From assembly GCA_965231035.1 (NCBI GenBank), contig OZ246409.1, positions 257,222 through 321,221 on the forward strand: a DNA stretch of 64,000 nucleotides, written 5' to 3'. Positions 7,995 through 17,386 of this stretch are shown here, piece by piece. Both the position numbers and the translations under genes were made by a program. The number at the start of each line of letters is the position of its first letter. The first letter of the stretch is position 1. The notes below the pieces were generated by a model. The model did not search any database. It was not told the DNA's origin and saw nothing but the letters and a program-made list of their open reading frames with translations. Source of the stretch: an uncultured Muribaculaceae bacterium. GTDB taxonomy: Bacteria > Pseudomonadota > Alphaproteobacteria > Rs-D84.

Positions 7995-9288
7995 TGTCCA
8001 ATATATTGGACACTTTTCGAGTGATATATTAAAGCTATGTCAAAATATATGTACATTATTCCATTGTCCAATATATTGGACAGGTTTATTTTTATTCTTA
8101 GAATTTATAATCAAATTCATAATCAGATTTATAATCTGATCTATAATCAAGACATATTCATATTATGCAGTTGTCCAATATATTGGACAAGTTTTTAAAT
8201 AACACATCAAGATTATAAAAAAGCAAACGGAAATAAAATATGAAATGTCCAATATATTGGACACTTTTTGATTGATTCGTTGATACTGTAAAAAACACAA
8301 AAACAAAAGGTGTATTGTCCAATATATTGGACAAGTTTTTAAATAACACATCAAGATTATAAAAAAGCAAACGGAAATAAAATATGAAATGTCCAATATA
8401 TTGGACACTTTTCGAGTGATATACTAAAGCTATATAAAATTATGTGCTTAAAAAACAAAAATAAAAGCCTTGATTGTCCAATATATTGGATAGGTTTGCT
8501 TAAATATATACGAATAAAAAGCAAAAATGAAAACCTTGATGTCCAATATATTAGACACTTTTATAGTGACACACTGAAGCTGTATCAAAACATATGTACA
8601 TTATTCCTTTGTCCAATATATTGGACACTTTTTGAGTGATATACTAAAGCTATATAAAATTATGTGCTTAAAAAACAAAAATAAAAGCCTTGATTGTCCA
8701 ATATATTGGATAGGTTTGCTTAAATATATACGAATAAAAAGCAAAAATGAAAACCTTGATGTCCAATATATTAGACACTTTTATAGTGACACACTGAAGC
8801 TGTATCAAAACATATGTACATTATTCCTTTGTCCAATATATTGGATAATCAAATTATTACCTATTTTCTACCTTAAATTTTATGTCAAAAAGATTTAGCA
8901 ACCGCAAAATTGTTATAAAACTTGGATTACCCGACGGCGACAAAATATTATAAAAACTGCTGCGCGAGATTCCCAAAATTTCAGGAATACTTTGTCTACG
9001 ATGGTGCGTTTTTGCTATTTCCATCAGTATATATTTTATTTTTTCTATATCTAAATTATCCAAAGCGATAGATAACTCAGATATCAAATATTGGTCAATT
9101 TCTTTATTATCAATAAAAAATTCACGGTTTATTTTTGGCTTTGATAAAAGTGAAAATCGCATAATTATTCTCCATAAAATATACGCGTATTATACAGTTG
9201 TCCAATATATTGGACAAGGTTATTTTTATTTTCAAAACCTATAAAATAAGGAATATACTTATTATAAACCTGTCCAATATATTGGACA
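7995..9288. repeat. Array of 14 copies of the 18-bp perfect palindrome TGTCCAATATATTGGACA (four copies are variants GGATA or TTAGACA) embedded in nested tandem duplications of about 144 bp and 220 bp
   Basis: Copies start at about 7995, 8065, 8172, 8246, 8316, 8390, 8475, 8540, 8610, 8695, 8760, 8830, 9199 and 9271. The 100-bp blocks 8171-8270 and 8315-8414 are identical, as are the 240-bp blocks 8390-8629 and 8610-8849. The region is AT-rich and has no credible ORFs apart from 8857-9162. Confidence 0.85.
8857..9162 (-). CDS. HigA-family HTH protein (putative addiction-module antidote, COG3636-like). It is orphaned, with no toxin gene adjacent
   Basis: The C-terminus GISRSSFYNILSPSGNPSFITILRLLNLFDIKFKV matches the conserved GMSRESLYRALSGEGNPTFSTVLKVLKALGLKL end of HigA/antidote proteins. 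A GGAG RBS is present, and the TATAAT -10 at about 9190-9195 lies 3 nt from the palindrome copy at 9199-9216. Confidence 0.7.
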   Translation of the reverse strand: MRFSLLSKPKINREFFIDNKEIDQYLISELSIALDNLDIEKIKYILMEIAKTHHRRQSIPEILGISRSSFYNILSPSGNPSFITILRLLNLFDIKFKVENR

Positions 9289-9404
9289 GGTTTATATTAT
9301 GCTTTTACACAGGCACGGACACAGATTATATAGATATAATACATATGTATGAATATTTTTGTCACCATGTGGTTAATTCCCCAGGATGACAATAAGAAAA
9401 AATT

Positions 9405-9929
9405 CTAAAAAGTTACATTTATAGTTTTTATAACTTTGTTTATTTCTTTCATTTCAGAAGATGCAAACTTTCCCAGAACCCAATCGGCTGGATCCATTTG
9501 TAATTCAACATCACGTGGATGACCAATTCCGATTCTGATTCTGTGATATTCGTTTCCAACAAATTTATCAATTGATTTTATACCGTTGTGCCCTGCACTG
9601 CCGCCGCCTGTTTTTTCACGAATCGAACCAACTGGTAAATCCATGTCGTCGTGTATCACAACCAAATTTTCAATTGGTATTTTGTAAAACTGCATCAATG
9701 ATTGAACAGGCACACCGCTGTTATTCATAAAAGTCTGAGGCTTGGCAAAAATAACTTTACGACCATTGACATCAACACTGGTTGTCAAAGCATCTTTTTC
9801 TTTTTTCCACGTAACATTTTCACCCGCCAAAAAATCCACAGCAACAAATCCAACATTATGTCTTGTCGCAGAATACTTGTCACCAGGATTTCCCAGACCA
9901 ACTATTAAAAGAGGTTTATTTTCTTGCAC
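9405..9929 (-). CDS. pth: Peptidyl-tRNA hydrolase
   Basis: LLIVGLGNPGDKYSATRHNVGF and HNGIKS motifs are present. The probable GTG start precedes QENKPLLIVGL; the track ORF extends upstream to 10034 through a non-conserved leader. Confidence 0.8.
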   Translation of the reverse strand: MQENKPLLIVGLGNPGDKYSATRHNVGFVAVDFLAGENVTWKKEKDALTTSVDVNGRKVIFAKPQTFMNNSGVPVQSLMQFYKIPIENLVVIHDDMDLPVGSIREKTGGGSAGHNGIKSIDKFVGNEYHRIRIGIGHPRDVELQMDPADWVLGKFASSEMKEINKVIKTINVTF

Positions 9930-9976
9930 ATTTAACTCTTTATATTCTATTATATTATTACACAAAGGAGAAAAAT

Positions 9977-10516
9977 ATGAAATTAAAAACAACCGGTCTT
10001 TTGACATTGGTTTCTGTAATGGGTTTTGCCGCAAATGCTAATGCTGGCATGTTGGTAGATTTATATGCTGGCGGTACATTTGGATCTGGCGGAATGACCG
10101 TGTTTAATGATAAAGATAAAATCAGCGACACCAGCACCAGCTATGGTGCAGTTTTTGGTATTGATATTCCTGTTGTTCGTGTCGAGGCTGAATATAATTA
10201 TTTGAATGGCAAAGATGTAAATATGAGCTTGGGCATGTTGAATGCTTATTTGAAAATGCCTGCAACAGTTATTAAACCTTATCTGGGTGTTGGTGTTGGT
10301 ACTGCTTTTGGTGGAAAATATGCAGATACAATTGATATTGATACAACAGCCGCTTATCAAGGTATGTTGGGTATAACTTTTGACTTGCCACAATTGCCTG
10401 TAAAGTTTGATGTCGAAGGTCGTGCGGTTTATGTTCCAGACATTATTGAAGTTATGACAATAAAACCAGATATGTTGAATTACGATCTGCGCTTGAAAGT
10501 TCGTTATGTATTTTAA
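9977..10516 (+). CDS. Small outer-membrane beta-barrel protein (OmpA-like/Omp25-type barrel)
   Basis: AAAGGAG RBS; signal peptide MKLKTTGLLTLVSVMGFAANANA; about 150 aa of alternating hydrophobic residues ending in RYVF. Confidence 0.6.
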   Translation: MKLKTTGLLTLVSVMGFAANANAGMLVDLYAGGTFGSGGMTVFNDKDKISDTSTSYGAVFGIDIPVVRVEAEYNYLNGKDVNMSLGMLNAYLKMPATVIKPYLGVGVGTAFGGKYADTIDIDTTAAYQGMLGITFDLPQLPVKFDVEGRAVYVPDIIEVMTIKPDMLNYDLRLKVRYVF

Positions 10517-10569
10517 ATAAACTTATCAGGGCAGTAAAACTGCCCTGTTTTGACTTATAACTATTAACT

Positions 10570-13299
10570 ATGCTGACACTGATTGACGGAAACTCTTTAC
10601 TGTTTCGTGCTTACTACGGAGTGCATTCACGCCTGACACGGGGTGATGGAACGCCTACGGGTGCTGTCTATGGTTTTTACAGCATGCTGTTACCTATTCT
10701 GGCGGCTGCATCGCCTGATGATTTCTTTGTATGTGTTTTTGATGCTGCACGCAAAAATTTCAGAAATGATATTTATCCAGAATACAAAGCAAACCGAATC
10801 GACCCACCCGCTGATCTAGTTGCCCAAATGGAATTGGCGCGCGAAGCTGCTCGTTCTATGGGTATGCCTGTGCTTTCAATTGCTGACGTCGAGGCTGACG
10901 ATGTTATCGCAACGTTATCAAATATTTTTTGCACCCATGACGGCGGAACCAGAATTATTACCAGTGACAAAGATTTAATGCAGCTGGTATCACCTTGTAT
11001 ATTTTTATTCGATGGAATGAAAGAACTTGATATCCGTGAACCACAAGTTTTTGAAAAATTTGGGGTTACCCCAGACAAAGTTATCGAAGTCCAAAGTTTA
11101 ATTGGCGATTCGTCAGATAATGTCCCAGGCGTTCCAGGAATTGGACCAAAGAAAGCAGCCGAACTGATAAATAAATTCGGAACACTGGAAAGGTTGTATG
11201 AAAATATCAAGCAGGTTGAAAATGACCGAATCAGAAATCTGCTGATTGAACACGAAAATAAGGCACGCGTTTCAAAACAACTTGTTACTTTGAAAACTGA
11301 TGTTGATTTGAATGGTATGAAATTATCGCACTTCAGGTTTGATAAAAAAAGCGCAATGGAATTTGTAAAGGATAAAATAGAAAGCAATTCTTTGGCTGCA
11401 CGAATCGAAAAAATGTTTCCAGCTGATATGGAACTTTCTTTGTCTGCGGCAGAAGAAAAACTGGAGATAAAAACCAAAGCACCCGTACGGGATGCAAAAT
11501 TCAAAACTATTCTGAATGAAAAAGATCTGGTCGAATTTTTATCAACAATAAAAGATGTTTTGGCTATTGATACTGAAACAACCGGTCTGGATCAAATGCA
11601 GGATAAAATTGTTGGTATATCTTTGGCATCCAGCTCTGAATACGGTGTTTACATTCCGATTCGACACAAAAACAGACAGACTGATTTATTCGGTGACAAA
11701 GAAATTATTGCTCCAACACAACTTTCTATTGATTCCGTAAAAAAGAAACTGTGGCCATTCTTGGTAAATCAAAAAATTATAAAAATTGGGCATAATCTGA
11801 AATACGATTTGCACATTTTGGCAAACGAAGGATGGGATACAGCTGCTATTGAACCGATTGATGACACAATGCTGATGTCTTATGTTTTGCATGGCACTTT
11901 GCATACACACGGATTGGACGAGCTAGCACGTGTTTATTTGGATCATGAAAATATTTCTTTTGATTCACTTTTTGCACCAAAGGATAAAGAAAAACATTTT
12001 GATACTGTCAGTATTGATAACGCCGCACCATATTCGGCCGAAGATTCTTATATTTGCTTTGCGTTGTATGAATTATTCCGCGAAAAATTAAACAAGAATG
12101 AAAAGTTGAAAAAGTTATATGAAAACTGCGACCTGCCCTTGCTACCTATTTTACTAAAAGTTGAACGCAATGGTGTTATGGTTGATAAAAATAAACTGAA
12201 CCATCTTTCTAAAATCTTTCATATACAACTGACAACTTTGGAAAAAGATATTTGGGGTATGACTGGACACGAGTTTAATATCGCCAGCCCAAAGCAATTG
12301 GCGACTGTTTTATTCGATGAATTAAAATTATCAGCAAATAAAAAACGTTCCACCGATGCGGATGCATTGACCGAATTGATGGAACATCATCCAATTGTTG
12401 AAAAGATATTAAATTGGCGGTCTATTGCGAAGTTGGCAGGAACTTACGCGGACGCTTTGCCGCGCCAAATTGGAAATGACGGTCGCATTCATACAACATA
12501 TTTACAAACCAGTACAAATACTGGACGACTTTCCAGTCGCGATCCAAACCTGCAAAACATTCCAATTAAAACCGAACTGGGTGAAGAAATTCGCAAATGT
12601 TTTGTTGCACCAGAAAATCGTGTTTTAATTTCCGCAGATTATTCTCAGATTCAATTAAGATTACTGGCAGATGTTGCAGATGTAAAAATGTTCAAAGAAA
12701 CTTTCCAAAAAAATCTGGATATTCATGAACAGACTGCACGTAAAATTTTCGGAATTGCTGCCGATTCACCCGTACCTAAGGATTTACGTCGTGCTGCCAA
12801 AACTGTAAACTTTTCAATTATATATGGAATATCATCTTTTGGATTGGCGGCACAGTTAAATGTATCCCGGTCCGAGGCACAAAATATTATAAATTCTTAT
12901 ATGGCTGGGTTGCCTGAAATTAAAAACTATATGGAAAAAATAAAGGCTTTTGTGACCGACCATTCATGTGTTTATACCCCATGGGGTCGCAGAATAGAAT
13001 TACCAGATATAAAAAATCCACGCCTGCGTGCTTATGCACTGCGTGCTGCGATTAATGCGCCAATTCAGGGTTTTGAAGCTGACCTGATGCGATTTGCAAT
13101 GGTAAAAATCGATAAGAAGCTTGAAAACAATCCGCATATAAAAATGATTATGCAGGTACACGATGAAATGGTATTCGAATGTGACCGTGATATGGCCGAA
13201 GAGTTTGCAAAACAAATAAAATCTGAAATGGAATCTGTTGCAAAACTTTCTGTACCACTGTTGGCTGAATACAACATTGATACATCTTGGGGAAAATAA
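10570..13299 (+). CDS. polA: DNA polymerase I
   Basis: 909 aa. It contains the 5'-3' exonuclease, the 3'-5' exonuclease (DTETTGL) and the polymerase motifs RRAAKTVNFSIIYG and QVHDE. Confidence 0.9.
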   Translation: MLTLIDGNSLLFRAYYGVHSRLTRGDGTPTGAVYGFYSMLLPILAAASPDDFFVCVFDAARKNFRNDIYPEYKANRIDPPADLVAQMELAREAARSMGMPVLSIADVEADDVIATLSNIFCTHDGGTRIITSDKDLMQLVSPCIFLFDGMKELDIREPQVFEKFGVTPDKVIEVQSLIGDSSDNVPGVPGIGPKKAAELINKFGTLERLYENIKQVENDRIRNLLIEHENKARVSKQLVTLKTDVDLNGMKLSHFRFDKKSAMEFVKDKIESNSLAARIEKMFPADMELSLSAAEEKLEIKTKAPVRDAKFKTILNEKDLVEFLSTIKDVLAIDTETTGLDQMQDKIVGISLASSSEYGVYIPIRHKNRQTDLFGDKEIIAPTQLSIDSVKKKLWPFLVNQKIIKIGHNLKYDLHILANEGWDTAAIEPIDDTMLMSYVLHGTLHTHGLDELARVYLDHENISFDSLFAPKDKEKHFDTVSIDNAAPYSAEDSYICFALYELFREKLNKNEKLKKLYENCDLPLLPILLKVERNGVMVDKNKLNHLSKIFHIQLTTLEKDIWGMTGHEFNIASPKQLATVLFDELKLSANKKRSTDADALTELMEHHPIVEKILNWRSIAKLAGTYADALPRQIGNDGRIHTTYLQTSTNTGRLSSRDPNLQNIPIKTELGEEIRKCFVAPENRVLISADYSQIQLRLLADVADVKMFKETFQKNLDIHEQTARKIFGIAADSPVPKDLRRAAKTVNFSIIYGISSFGLAAQLNVSRSEAQNIINSYMAGLPEIKNYMEKIKAFVTDHSCVYTPWGRRIELPDIKNPRLRAYALRAAINAPIQGFEADLMRFAMVKIDKKLENNPHIKMIMQVHDEMVFECDRDMAEEFAKQIKSEMESVAKLSVPLLAEYNIDTSWGK

Positions 13300-13315
13300 G
13301 ATTAAATTTGATATT

Positions 13316-13345
13316 AAAAAATCCGCCAAATGGCGGATTTTTTAT
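13316..13345. terminator. Intrinsic terminator (A-tract, ATCCGCC...GGCGGAT stem, T-tract); bidirectional
   Basis: aaaaaATCCGCCaaatGGCGGATtttttt sits between convergent polA and the dsbA-like gene. Confidence 0.55.
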
Positions 13346-13364
13346 TTATTCAAATCGCAATGAA

Positions 13365-14189
13365 TTATTTGTTCAAAGCATCATTGATTTGTTCAAATGG
13401 GATTGCACCTGGGAAAGCACGATCGCCAATGATCAAGTATGGTGTTCCATTGATTTGGAAACGTTGTGCCAATTCGCGAACTTGACCCAATTCACGTGCA
13501 ACAACTGGACCATTCATGTCAGCTTCCAGCTTTTTAACATCCAAACCAACATCTTTTGCCATTTTCATAACGTTTGCATGAACTTTTTCACCAATTTTTG
13601 ATTGATCTTTCAAATCAGCTTGTGAATAGAATTCTTTGCTCATCATCATTGCATCAAGTGCGGCAGCTTTGTCATCACCCTGCATTTTTGCAGCAATAGA
13701 TGCGCGTGCAGCTGCATCAGACAATGGTCCATGGATCGAGAAGTTCTTTAAAACGATGCGAACATCTTTGCGAGAATCCAATACACGTTTCAGCTCTGCA
13801 TGAACACGGCGGCAATATGGGCATGAATAATCGCTGAACAAGAAGATTGTCTTGTCTGCGTTAACATTTCCCAAAACTGGAGCATCAGCCATCATTTTGT
13901 CCATATTATCACGAACATAGCTGCGAACCATTTTGGAACTTTCCATATTTTTCTGTTCCTGCATACCTGTTGCCATTTCTTGCAAGATAGCTGGGTTTAC
14001 AGATGTCAGATAGTATGGAGTCCACAGACGGCATACAGAACCAGCAATTAATATAATCGCCAGAATTTTTGTTGAGTTTTTAACAAGATCCATTCTGGAA
14101 TCCTGAGCTTTGCTATTTTGTTTGATCAGTTTGCCACCGAACAAATAAAGAGCTATACCCAAAACCAGAACCAGTATTGTCCAAGTCAT
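13365..14189 (-). CDS. DsbA-family thiol:disulfide oxidoreductase with an N-terminal membrane anchor
   Basis: CPYC active-site motif in SDYSCPYCRRVHAELKRV; thioredoxin-fold context; N-terminal TM helix. Confidence 0.7.
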   Translation of the reverse strand: MTWTILVLVLGIALYLFGGKLIKQNSKAQDSRMDLVKNSTKILAIILIAGSVCRLWTPYYLTSVNPAILQEMATGMQEQKNMESSKMVRSYVRDNMDKMMADAPVLGNVNADKTIFLFSDYSCPYCRRVHAELKRVLDSRKDVRIVLKNFSIHGPLSDAAARASIAAKMQGDDKAAALDAMMMSKEFYSQADLKDQSKIGEKVHANVMKMAKDVGLDVKKLEADMNGPVVARELGQVRELAQRFQINGTPYLIIGDRAFPGAIPFEQINDALNK

Positions 14190-14276
14190 AGTTTTTCTCC
14201 TTTTAAGTTGAACGAAAGGAATCCTAGCAAATTTTCACGAAATCGCAAGAGAAAATATTTTATATATTTTTGTCAA

Positions 14277-14939
14277 CTATATCTTTAAGGTATTTCTGGA
14301 CGTAGGCAGAATTCCGCAGTGGTGTTCATAAATTTTCAAAAGAAATTTTTTCATAACTTCCAGATCCAAAGGCAGTCTAAAAAGTTTATCTAAATATGGT
14401 TTTGCACATTCATCACACACTGCACGACCCGTGCGGGGGGACAAATAATTCAAATTTTCTGTTTTATGGCAATTTGAACATTTGGTTAAATCCAAAGCAT
14501 ATCCCAATTCTTGCAATAAATTCACTTCCCAAGACAAATAAATATTTTTTATTTCATCTTTACCTTCTGTCATTGAAAGTTTTTTTAACATTTCATCTGT
14601 GTGAATAAACAAATCAGAATATGTTTCGCGCTCTGGCAACAAAGTTGCTATTAATGAAAAAGCAGAATTCATACAGCTTAATTTAATTGGATTCATCATT
14701 AAAATCGCACCCAGATTTTTTTCTGATTCCCAATGAAAAACTCCCAGCTGGGAATCCACACGCGCATTCCAAGATGAATTTCCAATTTGCCCAACCAGTG
14801 CCCTATTCTTTTTTGCAACTTGGGCTCCACGAATCATTCCACACAGCAAACCAAAATCACGTGTAAAAATCCGCGCAACACTATCGCGTTCCCCAAATGG
14901 TCGAAGTTCAATTAAAATTCCAACAGATTCCATTTTCAT
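14277..14939 (-). CDS. recO: DNA repair protein RecO
   Basis: The N-terminal OB-fold region is ELRPFGERDSVARIFTRDFGLL and the C-terminal zinc finger is CSNCHK...CDEC. Confidence 0.65.
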   Translation of the reverse strand: MKMESVGILIELRPFGERDSVARIFTRDFGLLCGMIRGAQVAKKNRALVGQIGNSSWNARVDSQLGVFHWESEKNLGAILMMNPIKLSCMNSAFSLIATLLPERETYSDLFIHTDEMLKKLSMTEGKDEIKNIYLSWEVNLLQELGYALDLTKCSNCHKTENLNYLSPRTGRAVCDECAKPYLDKLFRLPLDLEVMKKFLLKIYEHHCGILPTSRNTLKI

Positions 14940-14971
14940 GGTTTGATTATAAAATTAAAAATATATAAAAA

Positions 14972-15004
14972 GAATAAAAAAATCCGCCATTCGGCGGATA
15001 ATTT
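14972..15004 (-). terminator. Intrinsic terminator downstream of rplI
   Basis: ATCCGCCattcGGCGGAT stem with a flanking A/T tract. Confidence 0.5.
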
Positions 15005-15670
15005 TTATTCTGCAACTTCAGCTTTTTTTGCCCTTGGCTTTCTGGCTGGTTTTTCAGATTTTTCTTCTTCTGATTTTTCAGCCTTGGCAGCCTTGGCAGT
15101 TTTTGCCGGCTTTTCAGATTTTTCTACAACTTCTTCTGTTGTTGATTTTTCTTCTTCGACTTCTTCAACTTTTTTGGTTCCAAAAGTCAAAACTTTACCA
15201 GCAACCAAAGCATCAATTTCATCTTGGGTCTGTGCGACATAAACTTTGACAGGAACAATTACATCTGCATGTAATGCTACTTTGGTATCAAAGCTGCCAA
15301 CTGTTTTGATTGGTGTGCCCAACATAACTTGTGCTGAATCAACGCGTACACCTGCAACACCTGCCAACATACGTGCAATATCGCGACTGGATACAGAACC
15401 ATACAATTGACCTGTATCACCTGCCTGACGAATCATATGCAATTTTGCATTCTTGACTGCATCAACATAACCTTCAGCAGTTTTCTTGGCTGCTTCTTGT
15501 CTGGCGTGCAATTCTGCTTTCTTGGATTCAAATATTGCAATGTTTGCTGCAGACCAGCGCATAGCTTTGGCATTTGGCAACAAATAGTTTCTGGCAAATC
15601 CTGTTTTAACTTCGACTGTATCGCCGATGTTTCCAAGTTTGTTTATTTTTTCTGTTAAAATTATTTTCAT
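15005..15670 (-). CDS. rplI: 50S ribosomal protein L9 with a C-terminal extension of about 70 aa that is rich in E, K and A
   Basis: MKIILTEKINKLGNIGDTVEVKTGFARNYLLP. The tail is KSEKPAKTAKAAKAEKSEEEKSEKPARKPRAKK. Confidence 0.85.
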   Translation of the reverse strand: MKIILTEKINKLGNIGDTVEVKTGFARNYLLPNAKAMRWSAANIAIFESKKAELHARQEAAKKTAEGYVDAVKNAKLHMIRQAGDTGQLYGSVSSRDIARMLAGVAGVRVDSAQVMLGTPIKTVGSFDTKVALHADVIVPVKVYVAQTQDEIDALVAGKVLTFGTKKVEEVEEEKSTTEEVVEKSEKPAKTAKAAKAEKSEEEKSEKPARKPRAKKAEVAE

Positions 15671-15834
15671 TTTATCTGTCCTTTTTTATAAGTTAGGGAT
15701 AATCCCAAATATTTAGTTTTTAAATTTATTAGAAATTAAATTATGTGAGATGATTGTAAGCGTCTCATCAGACCCGACGTGTACAAGTGCTACACGAGGG
15801 TCTGTGAACGCAACAAGCGTCCACAGAATTTAAT

Positions 15835-16062
15835 TTAACCCAGGTTGTTTCTTACGAATGGTACTAATCCCAAATGACGTGCACGTTTAATAGCCTGAGC
15901 CAATAAACGTTGATCTTTCTGAGAGGCACCACTGATACGAGATGGAACGATTTTACCACGTTCTGTAATATAGTGTCCCAACATCTTGGTATCTTTATAA
16001 TCAATAACCTTGCCCTTTAAAGGGTTTGATTTTTTACGATAAATTGCTGCACGAACTGCCAT
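15835..16062 (-). CDS. rpsR: 30S ribosomal protein S18
   Basis: [30 protein letters not shown]. Confidence 0.85.
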   Translation of the reverse strand: MAVRAAIYRKKSNPLKGKVIDYKDTKMLGHYITERGKIVPSRISGASQKDQRLLAQAIKRARHLGLVPFVRNNLG

Positions 16063-16400
16063 TATTCTACCTCTTCGCTATTTTTCTTCATCATAATAGA
16101 TGGACCTTTTGCCAATTCTTCAACACGAACGTTCAAGAAACGGATAACGTCTTCGTCGATTCTGGAACGGCGTTCCAATTCTGCAATTTGTGCACCTGGC
16201 AATTCTATATTCAACAAAACATAGTGAGCCTTGCGATTTTTGCGGATGATATAGGCCAAGTTCTTCAACCCCCAGAATTCTGTGGATTTAACAGAACCAC
16301 CCAGTTCTTTAACGATACTTTCGAATTTTGTCGCTTTTTCTTTAACCTGCGACTCAGTCAGGTCCTGGCGGAATACCAAGACACTTTCATAATAAGCCAT
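16062..16400 (-). CDS. rpsF: 30S ribosomal protein S6
   Basis: [14 protein letters not shown]...[11 protein letters not shown]. Confidence 0.85.
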   Translation of the reverse strand: MAYYESVLVFRQDLTESQVKEKATKFESIVKELGGSVKSTEFWGLKNLAYIIRKNRKAHYVLLNIELPGAQIAELERRSRIDEDVIRFLNVRVEELAKGPSIMMKKNSEEVE

Positions 16401-16568
16401 TTTATTTCCTTTGGTTTAGTCAGCCGATGTTAATATAACACCAGCAGGAACACCCTTATTCTAGACAAATATTTGATAAAATCAAGCAAATAATCCCTAT
16501 TGACTTATCGATTGTATTTTTACTATCATTTACAAAAGGCAGAGAGACTTAAAAAACGAGAGATTTTA

Positions 16569-17360
16569 ATGAGTAACCAGTTTCACAGATATCTTAACCG
16601 TATGGCATTGTTTGCAGCCTTGGTCACAGTTGGTGCTATTTTGTTTTATGATCAATTTTTGAAAATAGCCGTCACAAACGTTTGGCTGAACGGTATAATT
16701 ATTGGTACAACTATTTTTGGAATTGGGCTTTGTTTTACTGATATTTTCAAATTGTTGCCAGAATACAGATGGATGAAAAAATACTTTGGTGAAAACAAAA
16801 ATGCGGATTTACCACCAAGATTGCTACGCCCGGTTGCCATGATTTTGCAACGCAGCGAACAGACCAAGGGTCCAATTTCTACCAATACCATCAGCAGCTT
16901 TTTGGATATAATTATCGGCCGTTTCGAAGATCAACGTGAATCCGTCAGATATATAACCAATACTTTGATATTTTTGGGATTGTTGGGAACATTCTGGGGA
17001 TTAATTCATACAGTTGGCGGGTTTGCAGCATTGGTTGGGAATTTGAATTTTGGTGATGAAAATATTATGAATACTTTGCAATCTGGAATTGCCAAACCGC
17101 TTGCTGGAATGGGAACAGCATTTACATGTTCTTTGTTCGGATTGGCAGGCAGCTTGGTTGTTGGATTTTTGGGATTACAAGTACAATTGGCCCAAAATTC
17201 AATATTTCGTGATTTGGAAGAAAACTTGTCTTCGCGTGCCAGAATGTTTGAATTGGATGAGGTAAAGGCTTTTGATGCTCTTCCCCAGATTAACTTGGCA
17301 ACACGCGAATTATCACTAGCAGTTCAAAAACTGGAAAAATCAGTTTCAAAACTGACATAA
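16569..17360 (+). CDS. MotA/TolQ/ExbB-family proton-channel protein
   Basis: TM helices and the family signature TNTLIFLGLLGTFWGLIHTV. The start is taken at MSNQFHRYL, downstream of the track start. Confidence 0.6.
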   Translation: MSNQFHRYLNRMALFAALVTVGAILFYDQFLKIAVTNVWLNGIIIGTTIFGIGLCFTDIFKLLPEYRWMKKYFGENKNADLPPRLLRPVAMILQRSEQTKGPISTNTISSFLDIIIGRFEDQRESVRYITNTLIFLGLLGTFWGLIHTVGGFAALVGNLNFGDENIMNTLQSGIAKPLAGMGTAFTCSLFGLAGSLVVGFLGLQVQLAQNSIFRDLEENLSSRARMFELDEVKAFDALPQINLATRELSLAVQKLEKSVSKLT

Positions 17361-17386
17361 AAATATACGAGAGAGAGGAATAAAAA

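Noticed and set aside
7995-9288. Palindrome array considered as a CRISPR array
   Set aside because: The repeats are 18-bp perfect palindromes. The spacers are irregular (42-89 bp) and are themselves duplicated. No cas genes are nearby. Nested tandem duplication explains the structure better.
8163-9389. Track ORFs 8163..8408, 8158..8370, 8442..8639, 8632..8898 and 9198..9389 inside the repeat array
   Set aside because: They are read through repeated AT-rich DNA, the same peptide repeats because the DNA repeats, they lack RBSs and they overlap one another. They are almost certainly non-coding.
9863-9976. Upstream extension of the outer-membrane protein ORF to 9863
   Set aside because: The extension overlaps the pth N-terminus on the opposite strand. 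The strong AAAGGAG RBS and the signal peptide begin at 9977.
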